A DNA stretch of 60,353 bases, counting the filler, from Basidiobolus ranarum (lineage: Eukaryota): assembly GCA_040143965.1 (NCBI GenBank). It is 5 parts of 5 records of this genome, joined end to end, with 100 filler letters (N's around TTAATTAATTAA, not from the genome) between each part and the next. Parts side by side here need not be neighbours in the genome. Positions count along the whole stretch, not along the records: positions 36,336 to 48,299 come from JASJQH010000575.1; positions 48,400 to 60,353 come from JASJQH010000576.1; 3 more parts are not named here. One strand, written 5' to 3'. Below, one piece after another: positions 37,664-50,195 of this stretch (its first letter is position 1; every line of letters starts with the position of its first letter). The notes under the pieces were generated by a model. That model was not told where the DNA came from. It searched no databases and saw only the letters and a program-made list of their open reading frames with translations. Made by a program: the position numbers and the translations under genes.

Positions 37664-39541
37664 CATATGAAAAGAGCTCCAAAAATGTTATAATTATTGA
37701 GAATGCATGTCAAGCTATATATGCATGCAACCCATATTTCAACACTGTGAGAGCAGCCTAACCTATCATATTTAAACCTTTCGAACAATGAATGGAGCCA
37801 ATACCTTGTAATTCTAAAAGTTAAATTAAAGAAAATGTGAGCATGAAGTTTGTTCACAGGGAGTGCTAAATACAAGTGTGCATAGTATTGTGCGGAGTGG
37901 TAGAGTCTCTCTCTAATGTCATAAGGATGCTCTAAGTTATGTTAACAGGCAACAAGGAAGTAGGAAAACTTTAGAATATTGAAATCCCGCCAATATTTTA
38001 CAAGCACCATTAGTCGTCACAATATTAATACCTTGGTCACAATGCCACACAAAAAGAAGATTCGCATCTATAAGAATGGACAAATTTGGTTCATTCAGGA
38101 TTATAAAATGAACATTAGAATTCGCGAGTAGATTTGCCATTATTGATTTTAATGCACAAATAGATATAATAATACTAGATTAATTATATATTGACTAGGC
38201 CAAGAACATTACGAAGATATTTTTGCAATGTTACGTTTCTTACACATCTTACACCTACTTCCAGGCTTTGAATACATTTTATTGGATTACTCGATCAATC
38301 CTATTTGAAATATAGATGAAATATACATTTGCCATATGACAAAAATAGGGCGAGTGGATGGTTAAAAATTTAAGAGTGCCTATAGATGATCAGACTTTGA
38401 CAAATTATTGAACAATTTCTGACTCGAATTAAGAGTTTTTGGAGAGGACACATACAAGTTGATTCAGGAGGTGTTCAATCCCAAAACTCCTCATCTTCCA
38501 TTGGAAATGACAGCATAAGCTCTAGAAATACTGAAATAGCAGATAACACTCGAAAAGGATTGCTAACGCTTGAAAAGGATTGCTTAGAGATTAAAGCTTC
38601 AATCAAATTAACTAAAAGCGCACCATTGTTATGTCTAGACATCCAATTTAAATGCATTTATGAGAGTCATTGCATCAGCGTTACCATAAACGACCACCGT
38701 TTGGGGAGTGAAAAATGAGGTGAATTCATTCGCTGTCACTAATCACGTCGTAGCTAAACAGTAATAACAGTTTCTCTTTTCCGCTTTCACGAAGCCGACT
38801 CTCGAACATTTCATTTACCAAGATCGGCAACCGAGCAGCTATAATGAGTGGGCAGCATCTATATAAGTTCGGAATTCACTGTTAAAGTGACTATCGGAAA
38901 AACATTTGAGGAGCGCTAAATTTGGTTTAGAAACATCATGGAAGATATAGTTACCGAGGCAAAGGATAGCAGCTGCAGGAAACCACCAAATACCTTGTAA
39001 CACCTAAGACAGTCAGATATCCTGGGTACAATAGGCCGACTATCCTGAATAAGGGCTAACGGGATTTGTTGAAGCTCTTGCAATGAAATAAATCAGGTAA
39101 CCCATAAATCCAGGCTCCTCCTCTTAACAATCCAAATGAAGCATATCTATCAACTTACTGATTTATAAGCTATACAGTGCTAATCGCTTATATTGCTACG
39201 ATTGATTGTTAAATCCGATTTCATTTTTTGTTGCACTTGAGACAGTTCTGGTTACATTTCTGTTTGGTAATATCCAAGAATGTCGTTCAAGAGACGGACT
39301 ACATTTGTATGCTAACAATTAAAGCCACCATTACTCATTTGGTTAATCAGTTGAGTGTTTTATTTCGAAAAGGCATCGTAAAGCGATCAAATAAGTAATG
39401 TACGGCAACTACAATTGGCAATATCGTTGAAACATTACTAGCAATGAACTATAAAATACTGTAGGAAGCGGTTACTATTGTACGACATCAATAACTGTCT
39501 CCGCCTTTACACAAACCTTTCCGAATCTCTGCTTTAAGGCC

Positions 39542-40745
39542 ATGCGTATCATCGAAACATTCATGCTGGAGGAAAACCGCACTTTCAGAAGGAAAGTGAT
39601 CTTCACATTCCTTGGGTTGGCCATATTCAACATCGGAATATGGGTGGCTACTGCTATCGCCTTTAGACCCTACGATGGACTTATCAGTCAAGCAGTGTTA
39701 GCTTATAGTCTTGGGTTACGACATGCACTGGATGCTGATCACATCACAGGTACATTCATTCTTGAACTTGAACCTTTCCAATTGAAATTAACTCGTTCTC
39801 CTCTTAGCTATTGACAATGTCACACGTAAACTGATTCAATCAGGTAATAGACCATGCTTAGTAGGCTTCTTCTTCTCTCTTGGTCATTCTACTATTGTTG
39901 TTGCCGCTTCGATTGCCGTCGCTGCTACTGCCACAGCTATTGCCAGCAAATTCTCAGATTACCAAAACATCGGGTCCATTATCGGTACTTCTGTATCAGG
40001 ATCGTTTTGCATACTTATTGGGATTATGAATGCGATCGTATTGTTTAGCATCTGGAGACAACTCCGGACGTTACAGAAGGAAAGAGTGTACCGGGAAGTA
40101 GATGTGGATCAAATGTTGAACAATGGTGGCATTTTATCACGAGTTCTCAAGCGAGGATTTGACTTCATCGACTGTAGTTGGAAGATGTACCCCCTGGGAG
40201 TTCTATTTGGGCTAGGATTTGATACCGCAACTGAAGTGACTCTTTTGGCCTTATCAGCTACCCAAGCAAATAGTGGACTACCGATAGGATTGATTCTTTT
40301 CTTCCCGTTCTTATTCACAGCTGGTATGGCGCTTATTGACACCCTGGATGGTGTACTGATGTTGTGTACCTATACCTGGGCATATATTTCCCCCATCCGC
40401 AAGATTTACTTCAACTTTACCATCACTCTGATCTCAGTATTAATTGCTTTAATGATTGGACTCTGCGAAATCTTCGATGTTATCGGTGATCAGTTGAACC
40501 TTTCTGGGTCATTCTGGCGATTCATGGACAACGTTAATAACAGCTTCGATATCATTGGCCCTTGTATTGTGGGTATCTTTGTGTTCACCTGGATCGGAGC
40601 AGTGATAGCTTACAAGTTCAGTGGCTTCAGCGAACTTGAAAAGAATATTGTTGTCATCCGAGGGGATACTGAGGTGGATCAGGTAGAGAAGGGCCTGGAG
40701 AAGGACGAGGGCAAATGCGAAGAATTGTCGGAAGTTAAATTGTAA
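39542..40745 (+). CDS. NIC1: High-affinity nickel/cobalt transporter (NiCoT family), one intron (~39750-39807)
   Basis: Signature GLRHALDADHITAIDN, plus FFSLGHSTIV, MYPLGVLFGLGFDTATE and LFTAGMALIDTLDG. Confidence 0.95.
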
Positions 40746-41093
40746 GAAATGATATGTATATTAAAAATAGAATAAATTACTCAGTTCGCTATATTTAGTT
40801 GTCTATAATACGTGAAACACCCTCACTCATGGATTTTGCTCACTTGCCTTTTAAATTTTATTAGTTACTGTGATAGTTGCTTAATCCATATATTAATATA
40901 ACAATAGGATTATTATGAAGCAATATGATTATTATGAAACAATAGAATTACATGGATACTAATAATTGATGGAGATCAAGCGAGTGAATGGAATTTCGAT
41001 CAATACTCTTCACTCACTCCTCATGTAGTGCTAGATATCATTGTAATTAAACAAGTCGCCAAAAAATTTATTTCTATATAACTGAATGTTGTC

Positions 41094-44000
41094 TTAAATT
41101 TGCCCCCAAGTAAGTCTCACTACATGATCGGTCTTTCTGTTTGTAGATTTGATGAAACCCATGAACTGAAGTTCAGCAATTGCTTTAATAAATCTAGCTC
41201 TATAGTGGAGTATTAGATATGATTAGTATTTGATGATTCTACTGAATTAGTGTGTACCAGGAAAACTTACTGAATTTCTTGAGGTTCATGTTTGTGTTTC
41301 TCTTTTTCCAACACCATCTCAAACGATACGAACCAGTCATATAGATTGATCATCCTTCCGTATTCTAAGTAAAGTCGATATGCAATGCTAGAATCTTCCA
41401 CCTCAGAACTAAGTGCGTTACTACAGCACCGGCAATTCAAGTAGTGTTGTGGCTGACCTAAGGCAGTTTGAATGGCTGCTCGTGGTTGTGCGTTGAACGT
41501 CTAACACAAGAAAGCAATTAAAATCAGTTGAACGAATCCACGTAATAGTGCTGAATACTCACCTTCTCCAAAAGTTTGACATTAGAGAAATAGAAAAGTT
41601 CGTGCAATGGTAATTCTGAGTAACATCTCAGATTTTCTCTATTTGATTGGATAGGGTGCAGAGAAGAAGAGTCAGTGGCTTTCAGAGATGTATGTATATA
41701 GATTGAAGTCAAGTAGTGAAATGAGTGTACCTGAAGAAGTCGTTCAAAAATTCAAAAACGTCATTCACTAAGGATGTGTAATATTGTACTTCTTCTGGTT
41801 GTACATCAACTGCATTTGTTCTACTAGAAACTCGGGATGTACGCTTACTCTCTACGTTACTTGAAGCGGTGAGATTCTTTGTTTCAGAATCCGAGCCTGA
41901 GGTATCGTTTCCAAAGGTCTCCTCAATGGTGTACAATTTTTCCAAGAAATCTTGCACTTGTATTAACTCCCCTTCAAAAGAGAAAGACTTATCTTTTCGT
42001 TTCTTTAATACGCTTTCCAAGTCTTCAAGTAGCTTCTTCATTCCTTTTAATTCCAATTTCCTAAGGGTTGTGAAGATTTCGTTAGATATATTCTGTTGAA
42101 TGCGATTCGCTTAGAATATCCACTCACTTCACTAGCATAAAGAGACTCTTGATATGTTGTGTATCATACAGATTATCATTTAAGCCGTAAAAGTATAAGA
42201 TTCTCTTTGGTTTTCTCAATGAACCTCCTGCAAAGACGTTTTGTAAAGCACAGACACATTCCAAGGCTTTGGAATATTTCGCATGATACAGTGTGAAATC
42301 TTGTAAAAATCCTGGTAATTTCGTTACGAGGTAATCGTCATCCTCTAGTAATTTCTTCACCTCTTCCATGTTGGGTTTCATCGATTGAACAACACTAGTT
42401 GAACGGGGTTTGTAAGTGAAAATACTGATTCTTGAGCTTCATTGGATGTTGTGATAGATACCTTCTAAATGACGGTTGCATCCGTATATATTCACAATGA
42501 TCTCTACTAAACATGGACCTTGGTGGTACTTTGGATTGTAAGGAGAGTATACTCATAGGGTTCGAATAGAAATGAGTCATGACCGCATACTACATCCAAG
42601 CGAATTGATTTAATTAACGAAAATAGTGTGATAAGAAGGAGATGAAGATACCTGCAAGCTACACATAAAGGAATTGACAGAGAAATTGTGCTCAAAAAAG
42701 TTTCCCGTCAAAAGTTTATATGCGTCAACACCGAGTTTGAACCCGGTAGGATCGCTCAATAGAACCTACAGGAGGACTCATCGTCAATTGGTGAAAAATA
42801 GGTTGTTCTTGGCGGAAATTACAATACCTCTTCAATGATTGACCCAAGAATTTCGTTTGGTCTCTGAAAGAAGAATTTCTCTGCTCTTAGTAGAGTCAAA
42901 GCATCTTTAGATAAGGATTGATGCAGTGCTTCCACCGACGTAGCGATACCCATAAGTAACACAATGGGGATTTTATCGCAATATTCACTAGAGATAACAA
43001 ACGACGGTTAGCCGGCTCTTGAGTGGATTGTTAAGTGACATTCTAACCTGCAAATCGTGATTAGATCACCCAGTAGAAGTGGATCAAAGCCCTCCATATC
43101 TTGAATGACGACCACCAAGTGTTTGACTAAAAGAATTGATCCGGTAAATACACAACGCAGTGAAAGTCCATTCATCCAGTTGACTCTCTTTTCTTACCGG
43201 GATCGGAATTGGTCGCAGAATCGGACACACTTTTGTACCACCCCTCAAGGACTTGCATATCGTACGTGGTAATCTTGTAGTCAACAGCCTGATTATCCTC
43301 ATCTTCAGATATATCCATCACTTCTGCAGTCTGTTCATCAGGTAATTAGTTTCGATAGTTAATAGACACTGACAGAATACAGCTTGGTACCTTTCCTCTG
43401 CTGTTGAGAAATTGAGAAATCATCAACTTCATTGTAGTCTTTAAGTTGTGGCAATCTTTAGATTCTAAATTGGCGACGCAATGACCATCTTCAGCTGTCA
43501 ACGTATCGCCTATTCTCTTGAATAGTAAATGGTTGTCCGGAACATTGATGCCTACGAAGAAAACGATACGTCCATGGGAAAAGTATTGGTTACAGGGGTT
43601 TTCCAGCTGTTTTAGTTACAAAGCTATTGTAAATACCGGCGAAAATCAATCCAGTCGGGATTTCTTGATATGGACGAATGGAGAATCTGGTGGAGCGGAT
43701 CGTTAAGGAGGTGTAATCTTAAATAAGATGTCTGTACAAATTTCCAACTCACTTGCTTTTCAGGCTTCTTGTGTAGCTATGCCTCACAAAATCAGCAATT
43801 TCATTAATGGCTTTCATATTCAATTTGATGACGAGATTCTAGTAATGAAAGTGAGGCTCGATTATTGAGGGTTTATGGGATGTAAAGGGCGATCGACTGG
43901 TTGGTTGTCTCAACAATGGATGGACGGTTAACATATTGATTTATCTTACATCGATGCTAGTCTTGATGTGTGTCCATGTTTGTTGATATAATCGGTGTCG

Positions 44001-44346
44001 GTATTTCACGTTAGCAATACTCTCTCTACCGGAAAATAGTTTTCTGAATCCGTCAAATTGTATATGGTCTAAACCATCCACCAAATCTCCTAAAATTTTA
44101 AAGGGAGTTCCGTTAATCCAAAATCCATTTTTATAGGGAAATGTTGTTTATCTGCTATGCATGTGTTGTCATGTCAACAAGATGGAACACAAACCTCCTT
44201 TCCGTCTTGGTGGTATTAAAAAGCAGCTCTGATTTAAGGTTTATAAATGAAAGATTTAATCCTTGGTCTCGAAGCTACAACAACAAGCTCCCACTTACCT
44301 CCGAAACAGAGTCGTAAACATCTCGTTCCTCTTTCAGGTTGGACAT
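41094..44346 (-). CDS. ORC3: Origin recognition complex subunit 3, multi-exon
   Basis: N-terminal DSVSE/SCFLIP; central [21 protein letters not shown]-terminal [21 protein letters not shown] and [32 protein letters not shown]. Confidence 0.93.
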
Positions 44347-44729
44347 AGAAACTTTATTTTACTTAGGAATTCGGTTTATCAAATCTACACAAGTTTAGTA
44401 GTCTCTTGACTACTGTTTATTCGTAGTTCTAAAGGTTGACACTGAAAAAAGGTTTTTTTGGATTTCAATGGATGCTGCTATCAACTCAACTACCCAGTCA
44501 CAATTTCGACATAAACCAAAACAAACCAACTTTCAAGATCGAAATTGACTCATTCATTCATCACGTGAGCATTCATATGAGATTTCCTGACGTTGACAAT
44601 GAGAAATCTACTCGACAACTAGGCAAGATCACCACAAAGTATATATATGCCCAAGTGATTTTAAAGTATGTGGTTTGGGTATAACATAGAGACAGTCAAG
44701 ATTACTCTTTGGTTTATTTTATTATTAGA

Positions 44730-45364
44730 TTAACTTTCAAACATGGAAAGTGATTTAATGTAGCGATTCAGAGCATTCCTGAAGTGTTCATTGGTGATGA
44801 ATTCTCGGTCAACTTTGATTAGCGGGTTCTTCACCACAAACTCTACATATATCTGTCCGTATATTTGTCTTAGTGCTTCCCTCATGTTATCTACTCCGGG
44901 ATCGCTCATCAAAACAAATTTCAAACCACTCAAGGTTTCATAATAGTGAAGCTTGTATGTGTTCGTACGGTAGGATAAGAATCCGTCACCACTGTTGACA
45001 AAGAAGGATTGGGAGTAGCACGAGATGAAGGGATAGTCATAAAGAAAATACCGTTTGTAAGTGAATTCAACGTTAAATACACTCTTTCCTTTAAATAGGA
45101 AAGTGTTCAATAAAAAGATAAAAATACGTACGGTTGCTTCGGAGACAATTTATTCGCAAAATTACGAAGTGATAGTATTACTCCGTAAACAAGTTTAGAC
45201 TCTTCTTCATCTAAAGGCTCCTGACTTTCATTTAAAGTCATTTTATCCGTTAGGTCAGGATCACGAGAAGAAAGTGAAGATTGAAAACTTTGACGCTGTT
45301 TGTGCCAGCTTTGATAAAAGATACAATCACAATGTCTATCAAAAATATACAAGTTGTATATCAT
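44730..45364 (-). CDS. BET5: TRAPP complex subunit Bet5/TRAPPC1, one intron
   Basis: MIYNLYIFDRHCDCIFY; EESKLVYGVILSLRNF; FLSYRTNTYKLHYYETLSGLKFVLMSDP; IYVEFVVKNPL. Confidence 0.95.
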
Positions 45365-45673
45365 CTTTGTTATCTGCTAAGGTTGGCTTGTGATTGACTT
45401 AAAAGCAGTTTTCTTTAGTTTAGTAGGGAAGTATATTTGTGTTCAGTAAAACGTAGTGAACTAAATGGTTGATTCTTAATAGAGGGTATAACCAATTCGT
45501 AGATTATGCTAATGGTTAGGATTGCCAGTTCCATCTCATTAATATAGGATTTCTACAGATTGGATTTGATTTCGATAATTATTCAATATATTGATCAATT
45601 TCGTGTTGCCCAAAACCATGTCGCCATGAAATGATGATTAAAACCTCTCGCTGACCTTTACCACTGTCATATT

Positions 45674-46066
45674 ATGGTATGGTGAAGTTTTGAATCGTTT
45701 CCTATTGTGTTGATGTTTAAAATGTTTAGAATATTTACTCTAGGCAAATGGGCAAGATAGACGTTTGGGGGCGACAATCCTAGCCGTCAGTACCATAGTA
45801 TTCTTGTATTATACAACGTGGGCCATGATCATGGTAAGTGTACACACTTCCCTACTCTAGCAATTCAAGCTATCTATTCTAATACCATTTTGGAGCCTTT
45901 TGTTGACGAAGGCCATTCACTTCATGAGCTATTTCCTCCTCCCGAGTACGCAATTCGAATTCCGGTAGTTTTATTACTTTTCGGGTTAACTGTAGTATTT
46001 ACCTTCATATCTATGGTTATGATCAAATCAAATCAGAAGCGGTTACTACTTAAGAAATCTGGTTGA
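45674..46066 (+). CDS. DPM2: Dolichol-phosphate mannosyltransferase regulatory subunit 2
   Basis: Spliced M/ANGQDRRLGATILAVSTIVFLYYTTWAMIM/PFVDEGHSLHELFPPPEYAIRIPVVLLLFGL...VMIKS. The first coding exon is only the ATG. Confidence 0.9.
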
Positions 46067-46653
46067 CTTTATCAACCAACTGATCTTGAAGCATCGTCAA
46101 GACTGTACTTTTGAATATGTTTACCTGCAAAATTACGAATCTTCCTTAGTAATTACTGAGCACGTTTGATTTAGTTAGCGTTTACAACTGGCAGTAATAA
46201 AATTGAATAACGTACCCTATAATGCATTATAGTCAGGATACTGCGAACAGAGTATTACACAGACAAGAAGATTTAGTCCTCCAAAGTCTAGCTACATTTC
46301 GATTATATGCTCATGTATTATGGTAAAAACAAATGTGTCAAGTCATATCAAAAGCTCTTCGTAGCTTTACAGTAATTTTAGGTAGACAAATTACTACATT
46401 TGCTGTGAATCCTACTACAAGAAACAATTAGGATATAAGGCCATTATTAACTTGTATTTCTAGTTTAAACGCTAAATTACCATGGTACATCCATCCATAA
46501 AGAATAACGTAATTTGAAAATGTTACAGTTTAGAGAGATTTATTATTTTAGATAGATTCAGTACCGAGAGGCAATGGATATTTCTAATATCATACGAAGA
46601 TATGATGATATGGTGAGGGTATGGGTAATTCAATAGGGTATACAATTACAGAG

Positions 46654-48299
46654 TTACAAATGTATCAATATCTCAGGCAAACATATAACTGCATCTACTT
46701 TAATTCCTAGTATATCTGCATGAGCCTTGATTGTCTCACAAACTTCCCGTTGGTAGTTTCCGCCTTTATGTGTATCTTTTTCACTGCGAAGTGCTCCGGC
46801 TAAGAGGCCACCTAACTTATCATTATTGAATCTGCGAACATCAACTTTAATAAGTTTGTCGAGGCATACAACTGCATCAGCATCGATGTCTAATAGTCTA
46901 CGCACTCTCACAGCAATAATTTCGCAATGATTAGAGCCACTCTCGGTTGAGCCTTCATTGAAGCGTGTGGGATCTCTAGAGATATCACTTGTAGGGCCTA
47001 CAGGTAACTTATTGAGATTTTCCGGTAATTTTTTGAGTTCATCTGGTATTCTATTTGGGGAGTCATCAGATACATCGCCGGGGATGCGACCAGAGGCACC
47101 ATCACGTCCATCCTTTGAGAGACCACTACCATCATGCTTACGACCAGAGGTTCCTTTTGGGTAATCATTAGGTAAGCCTCCAGGAATTCTCTTTTGGGAC
47201 TCATCGGTTATACCACTAGGAATACGACCAGGGAAACCCTTTGGTAAATCATCGAAAATACCGCCGGGAATACGATCAGCGGTACCATCCTTGGGGAGAC
47301 CACTAGGGGCATTCTTGGGGAAGTTATTGGGTAAGCCACCCGGAATTCGATCAGGAATGCTTCCGGGAGCTCCTTTTGGTAAATTATCAAGAAAACTGCC
47401 AGGAATACGCCTAGGGCTGTCGTTTGGTAAGTTCTCAATTAAGGGACCTGGAATTCTTCCAGGAAAACCTTTTGGTAAGCTTACAGGAGTACGCCCGAGG
47501 CCGTCATTTGGTTCGCTACCCGGAAATCCTTTTGGTGAATTACCTGGGAAGCCTTCAGGAATACGATCAGGGAAACCTTTTGGTAAGCTTACTGGAGCAC
47601 GCCCGGGGCCATCATTTGGTTCTCTACCCGGAAATCCTTTTGGTGAATTACCAGGGAAGCCTCCAGGAATACGATCAGGGAAACCGTTTGGTAAGTTACC
47701 AGGTAAGCCACCTGGAATGCGACCAGGAACACCATTTGGTACATCATCGGAAAAACCGCCAGGAATACGACCAGGAATATTTTTCGGTGAGTTATCTGGT
47801 AGGCCACTTGGAATACGCCCAGGGAAGCCTTTTGGCAAGCCATTAGGTAAATCATCTAGATCATCACTCGGAAAACCGGTTGGTAAGTCTCCTGGAATAC
47901 GACCAGGGAAACCATTTGGTAAGTCACCAGGAATTCGTCCAGGGAAGTCATTTGGTAAGCCGTCGGGAATTCGACGAGGAGAGCCATTTGGTAAGTCACC
48001 AGGTATACCACCAGGGACACCTTTTGGTAAATCGTCTGGATCACGGTCAGGAATGCCGAGTGGTAAGTTACCAGGAATACGTTCAGGGAGGTCATTTAGT
48101 AAGCCATTTGGTAGGCCGCCTGGAATTCGATCAGGGAAACCATTTGGTAAATCGCCTGGATCGCGGTCAGGAAAGCCGATTGGTAAGGTACCAGGGGTAC
48201 GTCCATGGAAATCCTTTGGTAGGTCACCTGGGATGCGACCAGGGAAACCATTTGGAAAGTCATCAGGTAGGCCACCCGGAGTACGATCAGGAAATCCTT
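46654..48299 (-). CDS. Pro/Gly-rich tandem-repeat protein with duplicated Cys-containing C-terminal motif (5' truncated by contig end)
   Basis: The frame is open from the contig edge (48297) to the stop at 46654. It contains many GFPG-RIPG-DLPN-type units. The C-terminus has CEIIAVRVRRLLDIDADAVVCLDKLI and CETIKAHADILGIKVDAVICLPEILI. Confidence 0.88.
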
Positions 48300-48399
48300 N
48301 NNNNNNNNNNNNNNNNNNNNNNNNNNNNNNNNNNNNNNNNNNNTTAATTAATTAANNNNNNNNNNNNNNNNNNNNNNNNNNNNNNNNNNNNNNNNNNNN
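48300..48399. other. Artificial contig spacer
   Basis: Same 100-nt linker. Confidence 0.98.
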
Positions 48400-50195
48400 T
48401 GAATCGTCTGTGTCAAATGATACTTAATACGGGCTAGATGTGCGAGTGATATAAGTATGTAATGGAAGTGAGTGATTTGCACACTTCCAAGTCTATAGAG
48501 GCCACTTTGCCTCTATAGGTATATTGATGATGAAGGGAGTCATCTAGAAAACCACCACCAAATAGAATATCAATTTTATCCACCGACCCGAAGTTGTTGG
48601 CTGATGAATGTCTAGGATTTGTAGTCGAATACTAGATGTCAATCTCATCAAAATAATAAATAGGTTGGGCTATCTTGTAAGTAGTCGATAATATTCTAGT
48701 TCGGATTTCGTTGCGCTGACCAAATAAGGAGATTCTATTGATTTTAAAGACGAGGAACAATTTCCAGATAAATACTGTGACTTAATTTATATCCACCATT
48801 TAAATCAACTCTATCTAAAACCATCCTGAGGGCATGGGAGAGGACACCTATGAAGATGGATGATGAGTATGACGTGACTCCAGTAATGTGTTTAACTTTA
48901 ACACGATTCGAAGCTCAAACATTGGCTTGTGATCAGTGTAGGTTTCATACTCGAACCATGAGCTGTGTAGCATTTTAGTAGTGCAAGAAGTATATTTGTG
49001 ATTATTGGTTCATCACATTCCATCATGCGCCAAACAAATTCCTTCGCGCCAATGGGATAGGCTAATTTTGGACATATGGAGTGAGAGATTTACTCTGCGT
49101 AGCTTGATTAATATTCACCACCTGATCCATGTCCCATCAGACTGGGTCAAAGCGTTGGTTAAAGTCGATGTTGTTAGCTTAATTCATGATAGATTAAGCA
49201 GATTATTGATTAATTTACTCAGATATTTCGATAATATTTCAGTTAATTGGATTGGTCTATATACCCTCTGCAGCACTACATATAATCTCGAAGAATGAAA
49301 ATCGAGTGGACCTAAGAGAAGTAGGTAAACTTTAGCTATTACTATATTTATTTGTAGATCTATTTACGTAAACAACCCTACTATATCCTAGCGCAATTGT
49401 CTAGACTTTATGGTAAAATGGTGAACGATCGAGAGGTTTATACTTCTTTGTGTTTACATTTAGTCCAGTGTCTAGATCAGTCTGTATCATTACTTCGGAT
49501 GTACGTTTAATCCTAGCTAACTGCCTTGAAAATGAGAACCTTGTTAAAATAAAGTGAATGGATCAACAGATTATCCCTTTACTTGGTAATGGTTTGATGG
49601 TAACCTGTATGCGTCTGTAAGTATGTGTTAGTTGTATATCATCTGTTGTAAGATGATCGGTGATACATCAAAAAGTAGACACCTTTTTGATTTGATTAGA
49701 TCGGTTGGGGGTTCCTGCCAATCATACGTCGCATGCTTCGATAACAATATGCTCTGAGCAGTATAGTATTTACCTTATTTATCAGCATCCTAGTATGATG
49801 TGCACATATCTACATTGGTTGTTTAGGATGATTTTTTTGTCGATAAATACGGGGGCTAAATGATCGAGAACTTTCAACATGGCTTTATATAAGGTCACAT
49901 CATAGCACATTTTAAAGACGAGGGGAAAACTGGGTAACGGAGAGAAGTAGGGGGAGAAAGTTCATCAATAGTTGGGGTCAAGTAAAGAAAGATAAAGAAA
50001 ACAATAACAACAGCATGGAACACTTTCAAAATGTTAACCATTATATTCGGAAAAATAAAATAAAATATTCGAAAGGTGCTTGATTTTATGCAAACATGAT
50101 GGGGGTTAGGGTCAGCCAACATCATATGATGTCAAATTTGCTTTTATAAGAAAGGGGAGTAAGAGGTTGCTTAGGATTAGCGCTACTTGAGTGAT

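Noticed and set aside
46990-48299. 36-nt periodic repeats superficially like a CRISPR array
   Set aside because: These are coding repeats with synonymous variation, no unique spacers and no cas genes, in eukaryotic DNA.
47291-48355. 354-aa plus-strand ORF (GKPFGK repeats) and other overlapping ORFs
   Set aside because: These are antisense or alternate-frame shadows of the Pro/Gly repeat gene. Only the minus frame continues into a non-repetitive C-terminal domain.
48400-50150. Short ORFs in the long region downstream of XPO7 (also 7000-8700, 15400-17500, 18700-20700, 37700-39500)
   Set aside because: No recognisable motifs, splice patterns or coding bias, so treated as intergenic.
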